Shown: positions 1 to 9,679, counted from the stretch's first letter. The stretch is 32,000 bases of DNA from Phycisphaera mikurensis NBRC 102666 (GCF_000284115.1 NC_017080.1:3060001-3092000), one strand, 5' to 3'. Notes: generated from the letters alone by a model not told the origin. A program made the numbers and translations.

Positions 1-210
1 ACGCTCAAGCGGCCCGATGAGAAGTTCGTGACCGAGGCCGCTTACGACAACCCCAAGTTCGTGGAGGACATCGTGCGCGACCTCGCGATGGCGATGGAAG
101 CCGACGACCGCGTGTCTTGGTACCGGGTGGGCAGCGAAAACTTCGAGTCCATCCACTCGCACAACGCGTACGCGCAGCTGGAGCACGCGAAGAGCGCGGA
201 GCCGCAATGA
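1..210 (+). CDS. folE2: GTP cyclohydrolase I type 2 (FolE2/MptA family), C-terminal fragment; the N-terminus lies outside the window
   Basis: Frame 1 is open from base 1 to the TGA at 208-210. The translation ...[55 protein letters not shown] matches the conserved FolE2 C-terminus as I recall it (NPKFVED..VRD ... ENxESIHxHxAYA). Confidence 0.75.
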   Translation, partial: TLKRPDEKFVTEAAYDNPKFVEDIVRDLAMAMEADDRVSWYRVGSENFESIHSHNAYAQLEHAKSAEPQ

Positions 211-218
211 AGGCCGCA

Positions 219-347
219 GGAGCGAGCGAAGAAGCGGGGAAGCGGAGAAGCGAAGGCGTCGGCAGGCGCCGGCCGATGCGACACCGTGCTTCGATTCTCT
301 GTGCCTGACCTCTTCGCTTCCCCTCCTCTTCGCTTCTTCGCTTGAGC
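219..347. repeat. GAAGCG/GAAGAAGCG-rich imperfect palindromic intergenic element, copy 1
   Basis: The left arm is ggagcgagcgaagaagcggggaagcggagaagcgaaggcgtcggcagg (219-266). The right arm is cctgacctcttcgcttcccctcctcttcgcttcttcgcttgagc (304-347). They are imperfect reverse complements around a spacer of about 37 nt. The left arm is nearly identical to the reverse complement of the right arm of the element at 23368-23466. The element sits between the folE2 stop and the next gene. Confidence 0.65.
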
Positions 348-389
348 GGCGCAGCCGCTGCCCGCCCCCCCGCCGAGCCCGACCAAGCG

Positions 390-2333
390 ATGTTCACCAA
401 GCCCCTCACCCCGCTCTGGCGCAACCTCAGCTTCACGCTGATGTGGACCTCCACCGCCGCCAGCGGGTTCGGTGACCGCATGATGATGGTCGCGGCGCTC
501 GCGCTGCTCGGGGCGCTCGGTGCGGCGTCGGAGTCGACGGCGCTCAACGCGGGCACGCAGTTCTGGTTCTTCCTGCCGTACCTGTTCTTCTCGCTGCCGG
601 CGGGCTGGTTGAGCGACCACCTGCCCCGCAAGTGGGTGATGTTCTTCTGCGACGAGAGCCGCGCAGCCATCCTGTTCCTGGGCTTCTGGCTCATCCCACC
701 CGATCTCACCACCGGCGGGATCCCGCTGGAGGATCACTGGAAGGTGATGGGCGTCCTATTTCTGGTCGGAACGGCGGCAAGCTTCTTCAACCCGGCACGC
801 AGCTCGATCGTCCCGCAGGTGGTCGCTCCCAAGCAGCTGCAGGCCGGCAACGCGATCCTGCTGTCGATCAGCGTGATCGCCTCGATGATCGGCCTGGTGG
901 TCGGCGGCTACCTGATCGATCCCGACGAGGGCTCGACGGTGAAGAACGGGCTCTGGCTCGCTTTCCTTCTGTACGCGGTCAGCGGGACCTTCTTCACCTT
1001 CATGCGGGTGAAGGACCCCGTGGTCGAGGATCCCGACGAACCACGTGAGAAGCGGACGCTGATGCAGGCCGCTCGGTACATCCGCTCGCACCCGAAGCTG
1101 ATCCGGCTGATGGGGCTGCACGCGATCGTGTGGGCGGGAGCGATGATCGTGTACTCGGCCGTCCTCGCGGTCGGCAAGATCAACTTCGAGCTTTCGGGCA
1201 ACGACCTCCTGGAGCACTTCGCCTGGATGGGCCCGGTGCTCGGCTTCGGGATGCTGGTGGGGGCGATCCTCGTCGGGCTGATCCGGACGCGGCGCGAGGT
1301 GGTGCTGCCGATGATGCTCAGCCTGCTGCTCGCGGGGCTGTGCGTCACCGTGGTCGCGTTCGTGAAGGTCTACTGGCTCGCGCTGCTGTGCTCGTTCTTG
1401 CTGGGTCTCTTCGGGAACATCACGATCATCAGCGCCCTGACGCTGCTGCAGAGCATCACGCCCAACTACATCCGCGGCCGGGTCATGGGCCTGGACTCGA
1501 TGAGCTCGACGGCGATGTCGGTGATCGTCTCGGCGATCGTCTACCAGATGCCCGACGCCGACCGGAACATCCTCACCGTGATGTACTTCGTGGGGCCGGT
1601 GATGTTCCTCATCGGGCTGGTGCAGCTGGTGCGGCACATGAAGTCGGGCCGGATGGACTCGGCGGCCGCGAACGTGTTCCGCCGCATCGAGCGGTGGTTC
1701 TGCCTGGTCTGGCACCGCCTGGAGTGGACCGACCTGCACCGCGTGCCCCGCACCGGCGGCGTCATCCTCGCGAGCAACCACACGACGGCGCTGGACCCCT
1801 TCCTGCTGCAAGCCGCCGTGCCCCGGCCGATCCGGTGGCTGATGCTCACGAGCTACCGCTTCAGAGCCTTCGAGCCGCTCTGGAGGACGATCGACCCGGT
1901 CTTCCTCGAAGTGGATCCGGCCTCCGACGAGGTCGCTCCGGGGCCGGCGCAGGTGCGGGACCTCGCGAAGCGGCTCCGGGGCGGCGACCTCGTCGGCGTC
2001 TTCCCGGAGGGTCACCTGCAGTACGAGAGCCGGGAACTGGACACCTTCCAGGAGGGCGCCGCCGCCCTCTCCCGCCTGTCGGGTGCCGTCATCGTGCCCT
2101 GCTTCATCAGCGGCACGCCGCGCTCGCGTTCGATGATCACCCACCTCTTCAAGCCCACGCACAGCCGGATCGCCTTCGGGGAGGGCTTCGTCGTCTCCCG
2201 CGGCGACGACGTCGCCGCCGCCACCGCAAGCCTCCGGGCCGCGATCGAACAACTCGCGGCGGAGGAGGCGGAGCGTGCCGAGGGCCGGGGCCGCCGGCGC
2301 TTCCGCCGACGCAAGAAGCTCGACGCGGAATGA
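390..2333 (+). CDS. Fusion protein: N-terminal MFS transporter (lysophospholipid transporter LplT-like) plus C-terminal PlsC-type 1-acyl-glycerol-3-phosphate/lysophospholipid acyltransferase domain
   Basis: The ORF is 342-2333. I prefer the ATG at 390 (MFTKPLTPLWRN...) because the TTG at 342 lies inside the palindromic element. The first ~430 aa are polytopic and hydrophobic with an MFS-like organisation. The C-terminal ~200 aa carry acyltransferase motifs: H(X4)D in ILASNHTTALDPF, and VGVFPEGH. GC3 is very high in this frame. Confidence 0.75.
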   Translation: MFTKPLTPLWRNLSFTLMWTSTAASGFGDRMMMVAALALLGALGAASESTALNAGTQFWFFLPYLFFSLPAGWLSDHLPRKWVMFFCDESRAAILFLGFWLIPPDLTTGGIPLEDHWKVMGVLFLVGTAASFFNPARSSIVPQVVAPKQLQAGNAILLSISVIASMIGLVVGGYLIDPDEGSTVKNGLWLAFLLYAVSGTFFTFMRVKDPVVEDPDEPREKRTLMQAARYIRSHPKLIRLMGLHAIVWAGAMIVYSAVLAVGKINFELSGNDLLEHFAWMGPVLGFGMLVGAILVGLIRTRREVVLPMMLSLLLAGLCVTVVAFVKVYWLALLCSFLLGLFGNITIISALTLLQSITPNYIRGRVMGLDSMSSTAMSVIVSAIVYQMPDADRNILTVMYFVGPVMFLIGLVQLVRHMKSGRMDSAAANVFRRIERWFCLVWHRLEWTDLHRVPRTGGVILASNHTTALDPFLLQAAVPRPIRWLMLTSYRFRAFEPLWRTIDPVFLEVDPASDEVAPGPAQVRDLAKRLRGGDLVGVFPEGHLQYESRELDTFQEGAAALSRLSGAVIVPCFISGTPRSRSMITHLFKPTHSRIAFGEGFVVSRGDDVAAATASLRAAIEQLAAEEAERAEGRGRRRFRRRKKLDAE

Positions 2334-3340
2334 ACCGACCCGCGGACCGTGAGCCCTTTGAGCCTCTCCGAGCCGCGGTCCGCGGCGAGGCGCGATCGGA
2401 CCCGACCCGCACGTCCCCTTCCTGGCCTCGCTCGCCAGCAGTCCGACCGGAGAGGGCCCGTCGTCCTTCCTCATCATCGAGAACGTTCCGAACGCGGTGG
2501 CGCGACCCGGCAGGTCGAACACCGCGAAATTGGCGGCCTCGGCAGTCCGCAGCACCGGCGCCGAAACGTTCGCTCAAGCAGGCTTCTCACCGAGGTGGCG
2601 GTCTCGCACACCGCGCCTGGTTTCATGCCGCCCCCGCGGGCGGGTCGTGCCCGGCAGCGTCGTCGGCTGCGCCCCCCTGTCGATTGAGGCCGCTTCGCCT
2701 CCTCGTCAGGCAGACGGCCCGCGGACGCAGGGCGGCGAGGACCGCCAAACGCTGCTCCAGGATGCCGCCTCCATCGGGGCAGACCAAGGGAGCCTGCGGC
2801 CCGCCGGAAGGGCGGTCCCGCGGCGACGCGGCCTCAGGGTCCCAGCGCAGGGGATGCGTCCGCCGCCGTGCCCGCAAGCCGCGGGCAGCCTCGGGTCAAA
2901 CGCCCGGCGGACATCGCTCCGCGATTGGATCCGATGCGCCAGCAGGCCGCTGCAGGACCCAGCCTCGGGCGTGAGCGATGGGGTTCTACAGCGGCTTGCA
3001 AGCGCCTGACCCCGTTCGAGGCCGGAGCGGTCGCGGGTGGACGAGCTGGCGACGACGTTCCCCGAGAGGCTCAGGACCCTGGAGCAGGCCAACGCGGCCA
3101 GCCGCCGCAGCCACGGGGCAACGCCAGGTTGTTCTCGGGTGCTGCGCAACGCGATGACACGGCTTCGAGCCTCTGCCCACCCCGTCCGCCGCGTTTCCGG
3201 CTGCCGCCGGACGACCGAGCAAGCCCCCAACCAAGCGGAGCGACCGTCGGAGGGCGTGGGCGGCACCACGCACCGCTGGCGATGGTGTCCGTCAAGTAGC
3301 GCACTTTTGATTCAGCGGTCTCCGGGAAAAGGGTGAAATC

Positions 3341-3401
3341 GTCGCTGAGCTGCCCGCCGCAGTGAGGGCGGAGCCCGACTGGAGGCGGGCACCTCAGCGA
3401 C
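3341..3401. other. Strong isolated stem-loop (18-bp stem with 1 mismatch, 25-nt loop) in an apparently non-coding region
   Basis: gtcgctgagctgcccgcc (3341-3358) pairs with ggcgggcacctcagcgac (3384-3401) at 17 of 18 positions. The loop contains a small gggc/gccc helix. Function and strand are unknown. Confidence 0.5.
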
Positions 3402-3744
3402 CCGGGGCTACCCCGCTTCCGACCCGCCTGCCGCCGTCGGCCGCTACATCCACGGGGTGGATGAGCCACCTGTTTGCCGCCGGTCAAGTAGCCGCTCGAC
3501 GCCGCCGGGCAGAGGACGACCCGTCCCCGCCTGTCCGGAGGGCCATCCAAGAGCAAGCGAGGGAGCGGGCGATGCCGCTCGTGCATCTTGGAGCCTCGCG
3601 TCAGCATCCAGCTGCGAGCCGCGGGCAGCCCCGGTCTGCGGAAGAGACGCGGCGGCTCCATCAGAAGCGACGCGATCGCGGATCCATGCACCCGGCTGGG
3701 CGAGCAGACTCCAATGTGAGAAGCCCAAGCGGGCACGGACCGGC

Positions 3745-3781
3745 GCAAGAAAAAGCCAGCCGTCGCGGGCTGGCTTCTTGC
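3745..3781 (-). terminator. Intrinsic terminator closing the 16S rRNA transcription unit
   Basis: Read on the minus strand: gcaag-AAGCCAGCC-cgcgac-GGCTGGCTT-tttcttgc. There is a 9-bp perfect GC-rich stem (3753-3761 pairing with 3768-3776), a 6-nt loop and a U-rich tail. An outer gcaag/cttgc extension is also present. It lies 7 nt after the 3' strand of the leader/trailer helix. Confidence 0.6.
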
Positions 3782-3787
3782 TCAGGC

Positions 3788-3818
3788 GGCTCTCCGCAAG
3801 TGAACAGTGGAGTACGAC
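3788..3818 (-). promoter_or_regulatory. 3' (trailer) strand of the long-range pre-16S processing helix
   Basis: The plus-strand sequence ggctctccgcaagtgaacagtggagtacgac is almost identical to the reverse complement of 5862-5893. In the minus-sense transcript the two segments therefore pair. They share three perfect blocks of 7, 12 and 7 bp, separated by small internal loops. Confidence 0.65.
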
Positions 3819-3932
3819 TTGACGGCATGTTGCCATGCCGGTATCTGGCCCGATCCGAGGACCGAGCCAGGCGAGGTTGCGTTGACGTTTCGTGATCCGG
3901 ATCGCTCCGGATCACGTCTACTGGTAATCCCG

Positions 3933-5441
<1,509 letters not shown>

Positions 5442-5861
5442 TTGTTCATTGACGCCGCCAACCCGCCCTCAAAGGAGACGGAGGAGGCGGAGGTTGTCTT
5501 TGATGAAGGATTTGACTCTGTTCTCCGCAGCACCGGAGTGCTGCGGAGCGGTCTCGATGCCCCACCCTTGCAGGAGGGGCACCGTCTCCGGTGGCTAGAC
5601 CGGAGATGTTTTTGTTCAAGGATCCCGGCCCCGCCCCTCACCCGAAGGTGTCAGGACAGTGCCGGGTTGAACGAGGATGGCTCACATCCTGAACCCCTGC
5701 TTTCCTCTCCCGAAGGAGAGGCGGCAGCAGGAATTCTCACAAGGATGTGAACCGCCGAGCAGGCTGTGAAGAATGCTCGGGGGATTTCCTCGCGGACCCG
5801 ATGGACTCCGGCGTGGACTGTGAAGGCCATGCCGGATCGGGGCCGCGAGACACATCCTCGC

Positions 5862-5893
5862 GTCGTACCCAACTGTTCACTTGTCAGAGAGCC
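5862..5893 (-). promoter_or_regulatory. 5' (leader) strand of the long-range pre-16S processing helix
   Basis: The reverse complement ggctctctgacaagtgaacagttgggtacgac pairs with the trailer segment 3788-3818. It lies about 420 nt upstream of the mature 16S 5' end, so the rRNA promoter should lie between 5894 and about 6222. Confidence 0.65.
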
Positions 5894-6222
5894 AAATGCC
5901 GATGCGGCCGGTCTGGCCGCTTCGAGCTCATCGTAGGCTGCGAGTTCCGGATCGAGTCCTGAACAGGCCTGGCCTTCCGACGAGAGACGCCCCGGCAAGG
6001 TGCCAAGGCATCATCTGGTGGCCGCTGCCCCCGCGAGCGGATCGAGAGTTTGCCGGTTCTCCAAGGCCTCGTCAATCGCCTCGCCGGCGCGGGGCAACCT
6101 GTGGGAAAAGATGGGGAGAAGGCGGCCGGGGCGGAGACGCGACCGCGGCGGGGCGATCGGGGATCCGCGGGAGAGGCTCGGAGGCCGCTTACGGGCCGGA
6201 TCCGCCTACTTAGGATCGCGGG

Positions 6223-6654
6223 ATGACCGGTCTTCTCCGCTGTGCTCCCGCCCCGCTCGCCCTGGTCTGTCTGCTGTGCGGCTTCCTGCCCGCGGCCGCG
6301 GGCTGCGGCGACGCGGACCGGAACGCGGCAACCGACGGTGGCGTCGAGGCGCCCGTCGGTCATCGCTACGCGATGGCCGGCGAGGTGCTCTCGGTGGCGG
6401 AAGAGCCGATCGGCGGCCTCCCGCGCCTGACGATCCATCATGACCCGGTCCCGGAGTTCCGGGACTTGGAGACCGGCGAGGTGGTGGGGATGCCCGCGAT
6501 GTCGATGCCCTTCCCACTCGCGGCGGGCTTGAACGCTCCTGCCGTCGGCGAGCGGGTGTCGTTCACGCTCCTGGTCGACGGCGGCGATCACGGCGGGCTG
6601 CCGTACGTGATCGTGGAGCTTGCGCCCGAACCCAAAGGATCGCCCGCGTCCTGA
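6223..6654 (+). CDS. CusF-like periplasmic copper/silver-binding lipoprotein (small beta-barrel)
   Basis: The N-terminus is a signal peptide with a lipobox-like LPAAAG|C. The core GEVLSVAEE..LTIHHDPVPEF......GMPAMSMPFPL......VGERVSFTL matches the CusF_Ec pattern I recall (H in 'I.H..I', then the M.M metal ligands). High GC3. Confidence 0.6.
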   Translation: MTGLLRCAPAPLALVCLLCGFLPAAAGCGDADRNAATDGGVEAPVGHRYAMAGEVLSVAEEPIGGLPRLTIHHDPVPEFRDLETGEVVGMPAMSMPFPLAAGLNAPAVGERVSFTLLVDGGDHGGLPYVIVELAPEPKGSPAS

Positions 6655-6684
6655 CTTGGAGGAGCCGTCGGGTAGCTTCGCCGC

Positions 6685-7680
6685 ATGGCAGCCCCGCAAC
6701 GCATCCTCGTCACCGGCGGCGCCGGCTTCGTCGGCTCCCGGCTCGTCAAGAAGCTCCAGGAGACGATCCCCGGCGTCGACCTCCTGGTGGTGGACGACTT
6801 CCGCACCGGGACCTTCGCGAACCTCTCCGAGGAGGGGAAGCGGGGCTGGAGCTACCGCGGCCGGGTGATCGCGTACCCGCTGCACGAGGTCGACATCGAC
6901 GGGCTCATCGAGGACTTCGAGCCCGACGCCGTCTACCACGAAGCCTCCATCACCGACACCACGGTGGAGGACGAGGCGGCGATGATCCGCGACAACGTCG
7001 AGCCCTTCGAAGCGTTGCTGGCCGTGTGCCTCGAGAGAGAGATCCCGCTGGTCTGGGTGTCGTCGGCGGCGACCTACGGGACGCAGGCCAGCGGGGCGAC
7101 CGCGGAGCGACGGCTGTTCAAGCCGGACGACGCCGGACGGCCGGCGAACGTCTACGGCTTCTCCAAGTGGGTGATGGAGAACGCCCAGCGGCGGCTGATG
7201 CCGCACTTCCCCGACGGGCACGTCGTCGGGCTGCGCTACTTCAACGTGTTCGGGCCGGGCGAGGCCAACAAGGGGCACATGGCGTCGATGATCCGGCAGC
7301 TGGCCCTGCAGATGCTCGACGGCAAGCGGCCGCGGATCTTCGCCCCGGGCACGCAGGCCCGCGACCACGTGCACGTGAGCGACGTGGTGGACGCGACGAT
7401 CGCGGCGGCGCGGCCCGGGGCGCGAAGCGGGATCTACAACGTGGGCACGGGGGAGGCGACGAGCTTCAACCAGGTGGTGGACGCCCTCAACGAGGCGCTG
7501 GGCACCGATCTGCAGCCGGAGTACTTCGACAACCCCTTCCGCTTCTACCAGGACCACACGCAGGCGGACCTCGCCGAGACGAGGGAGGCTCTCAAGTGGA
7601 AGCCCCGCTTCTCGACCGCGGAGGGGATCAAGCACTACGCGGGGATCCTCAAGAGCGAGCGGGAGGAGAACCGGGGGTGA
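6685..7680 (+). CDS. hldD: ADP-L-glycero-D-manno-heptose 6-epimerase
   Basis: Rossmann motif VTGGAGFVGS. There are blocks closely matching E. coli HldD/RfaD: CLEREIP, SSAATYG, NVYGFSK (YxxxK), RYFNVFGPGEANKGHMASM and TQADL. Confidence 0.88.
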   Translation: MAAPQRILVTGGAGFVGSRLVKKLQETIPGVDLLVVDDFRTGTFANLSEEGKRGWSYRGRVIAYPLHEVDIDGLIEDFEPDAVYHEASITDTTVEDEAAMIRDNVEPFEALLAVCLEREIPLVWVSSAATYGTQASGATAERRLFKPDDAGRPANVYGFSKWVMENAQRRLMPHFPDGHVVGLRYFNVFGPGEANKGHMASMIRQLALQMLDGKRPRIFAPGTQARDHVHVSDVVDATIAAARPGARSGIYNVGTGEATSFNQVVDALNEALGTDLQPEYFDNPFRFYQDHTQADLAETREALKWKPRFSTAEGIKHYAGILKSEREENRG

Positions 7681-7961
7681 AAGACGCCGAGCCGGGCTCC
7701 GCGAGCCGGCGCCCGGGACGCTCCGCACGTCTTGAGCGGCGCATGCCCAGGCGGAGCGTGGTGCCGCACCCGACGCATCGCGACGCGGAGCGAGCCGGGT
7801 GCAGCGTCGGGCCACCGCGTGGAGCGTCATCCCCGCGGCTCGGCGGGGGCCGCGTCGCGGAGCGGCTTGCGCGGGCAGAAGGCCGCGTCGTGCGCGTCCA
7901 CCGCTGAGCGAGCAGGAGCCCCGTCCCAGCCCGCCGACCGGCGTTGAGGCCGCCGCGGTCG

Positions 7962-8477
7962 TCAGGCCCCGGTGAATCCGGCCAGCACCTTCTCCCACCT
8001 CCCGCCGGCCTTCAGCAGCCGCTCGATCGCCTCGCGGACGGCCCCGCAGCCCCCTTTGGCCTCGGTCACGAGGTCGGCGGCGGCGCGCACCTCGGCCGCG
8101 GCGTCGGCGGGGGCGACGGCGTAGCCGCAGCGAGCCATCGGGCCCAGGTCGGGCAGGTCGTCGCCCATGTAGGCGGCCTCTTCGGGCTGCACGCGGGCGG
8201 CGGTGAGCAGGCGGCGGAGGTCGCGGCTCTTGTCGCTGCTGCCCTGGATCACCAGTTCGACGCCGAGCTCGGCGGCGCGGCGGGTGAGGGCGGCGGAGGT
8301 GCGGGCGGTGAGGATGCCGATGGCGAGGCCGGCGCCGGGCGCGGCCTTGATGGCGAGGCCGTCGCGGGTGTGGAAGCGCTTGAGTTCGACCTCGCCGGGG
8401 CCGTAGAAGAGGCCGCCATCGGTCAGCACACCGTCGACGTCGAGCACGAGGAGGCGGAGGGTTCCCGGGGCGGTCAT
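7962..8477 (-). CDS. kdsC: 3-deoxy-D-manno-octulosonate 8-phosphate phosphatase (HAD superfamily, YrbI family)
   Basis: 171 aa. HAD motif I LVLDVDGVLTDG, then F...DG..IK, GDDLPD, and the typical ending GG.GAVRE..E.LL. Confidence 0.85.
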   Translation of the reverse strand: MTAPGTLRLLVLDVDGVLTDGGLFYGPGEVELKRFHTRDGLAIKAAPGAGLAIGILTARTSAALTRRAAELGVELVIQGSSDKSRDLRRLLTAARVQPEEAAYMGDDLPDLGPMARCGYAVAPADAAAEVRAAADLVTEAKGGCGAVREAIERLLKAGGRWEKVLAGFTGA

Positions 8478-8566
8478 CGCCGGAAGCTACCCGGCGAATG
8501 GCGGGGCGGCCTCCAGAACCGCGGACCGCGGCGGGTTGCCGCTCCAACGGCCGACGGTCCGCGGAT

Positions 8567-9634
8567 TCAGCCGCCGCCGCGGTCGACGAGGCGGAAGGCG
8601 ACGAGATCCTGGATGTCCAGGAGGCCGATCGGGCGGTTGTCGCCGTCGACGACGGGCACCTCGTCGATCCGCAGGCGGCGGACGAGCTCGGCGGCGTCCC
8701 GCATCGTGGCTCCGGGGCCGAGGTGCTTCGGGTCGCGGGTCATGACCGCGGCGAGCGGGCGCGACAGCGGGTCCCCGTCGCCGCCCCGGAAGACCAGGCG
8801 GCGGAGGTCGCCGTCGGTGAAGACCCCGACGAGGCGGCCGTCGGGGCCGACGACCACCAGGGCGCCGGCCCGGCGGACGCCGGCGGCGCCCGCGGCGGCC
8901 GCGGCGGCGTCGAAGCCCGCCCGCACGGTGGCGTCCGCCGGCACCGCGGCGAGGTTCGCGGACGCGCCGCCGCAGCGGAAGCGGAGCGCCTCGGCGACGG
9001 GGGTCATCAGCCGGCCGAGGCCGCCACCGCCGTGGAAGCGGTGGAAGTCGCGCTCGCCGAAGCCCCGACGCGCCGCGCAGCACAGCGCCAGGGCGTCGCC
9101 GAGCGCGAGCGTGGCGGCCGTGCTGGCCGTGGGCGCAAGGCCCAGCGGTGGCGCCTCCACCACGCGGCCGATCGACAGGGCGTGGTCGCTGAGGGCGGCC
9201 AGCTCGCCGCCGCGGCCGCCGGTGATCGAGACGATCGGCGTGCCGGCGTCGGCCAGCCGCTCGGCGAGCGCGACGACCTCGGCGGTGTCGCCCGAGTGCG
9301 AGAGCAGGAGCGCGGCGTCGCCGGGGCGGACGCGTCCGAGGCCGCCGTGGAAGGCTTCCACCGGGTCGAGCGGGTGCGAGGGCGTGCCGGTGGAGGCGAA
9401 GGTGGCGGAGAGCTTGGCGGCGATCTGGCCGGACTTGCCCACGCCCGCCACCAGCAGCACCCCCCCGCTCTCGCCGGCGGCGAGCAGCGCCGAGACGGCG
9501 GCGGCGAAGGCGGCGCCGGGCTCGACGCCGCGGACCGCGTCGGCCTCGGCGTCGAGCACGCGGCGGGCGAGGGCGAGGGTGTCGCGGTCCGCGGGATCGG
9601 CGGCGGCATCGGGCTGCGGGGCGGTTGGAGCCAT
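8567..9634 (-). CDS. kdsD: Arabinose-5-phosphate isomerase (SIS domain plus tandem CBS domains)
   Basis: I place the start at the ATG whose complement is 9632-9634 (MAPTAPQPDAAADP...), giving 355 aa. The SIS motif is VAGVGKSGQIAAKLSATFASTGTPS..., with LLLSHSGDT also present. The C-terminal CBS pair includes GVFTDGDLRR and IDEVPVVD. The longer 725-aa ORF in the track would run through scpA and was rejected. Confidence 0.85.
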   Translation of the reverse strand: MAPTAPQPDAAADPADRDTLALARRVLDAEADAVRGVEPGAAFAAAVSALLAAGESGGVLLVAGVGKSGQIAAKLSATFASTGTPSHPLDPVEAFHGGLGRVRPGDAALLLSHSGDTAEVVALAERLADAGTPIVSITGGRGGELAALSDHALSIGRVVEAPPLGLAPTASTAATLALGDALALCCAARRGFGERDFHRFHGGGGLGRLMTPVAEALRFRCGGASANLAAVPADATVRAGFDAAAAAAGAAGVRRAGALVVVGPDGRLVGVFTDGDLRRLVFRGGDGDPLSRPLAAVMTRDPKHLGPGATMRDAAELVRRLRIDEVPVVDGDNRPIGLLDIQDLVAFRLVDRGGG

Positions 9635-9679
9635 GTCGGGAGCGGCGGGTGCCGCCGCGGTTTTACCCTGCCGCCGCCG

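Noticed and set aside
342-389. TTG at 342 as the start of the MFS-acyltransferase gene, and ATG 23361 as the start of the first permease
   Set aside because: Both lie inside the arms of the GAAGCG-rich palindromic elements. The encoded N-terminal extensions are repeat-derived (AAAARPPAEP.. and HSEEAKKRRSRQG..). The downstream starts ATG 390 and GTG 23481 are preferred, though unproven.
2334-2555. Minus-strand GTG-initiated frame at 2555 (MLRTAEAANFAVFDLPGRATAFGTFSMMRKDDGP...) with fairly protein-like composition
   Set aside because: The frame has no stop until 756, so it would have to run antisense through the whole acyltransferase/MFS gene. GC3 in the 2334-2555 part is only moderate. It may be a relic but cannot be supported as a gene.
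6047-6075. Minus-strand rRNA promoter candidate TTGACG-17-CAAACT
   Set aside because: The -35 is good but the -10 matches only 3/6, and I have no knowledge of this organism's promoter consensus. It is mentioned in the rRNA finding but not listed as a feature.
7681-7961. Possible terminator hairpins in the convergent hldD/kdsC intergenic region
   Set aside because: The GC-rich partial repeats (gagccgggctccgcgagccggc) are direct repeats or imperfect. I could not define a clean stem with a U-tract on either strand.
5884-8547. 887-aa minus-strand ORF spanning the cusF-like, hldD and kdsC regions
   Set aside because: The translation is dominated by R/P/G/A runs (RRRRPRHRHPHRPH...). It is antisense to genes with clear family motifs (hldD) and crosses intergenic regions. 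This is a typical shadow ORF of a >70% GC genome.
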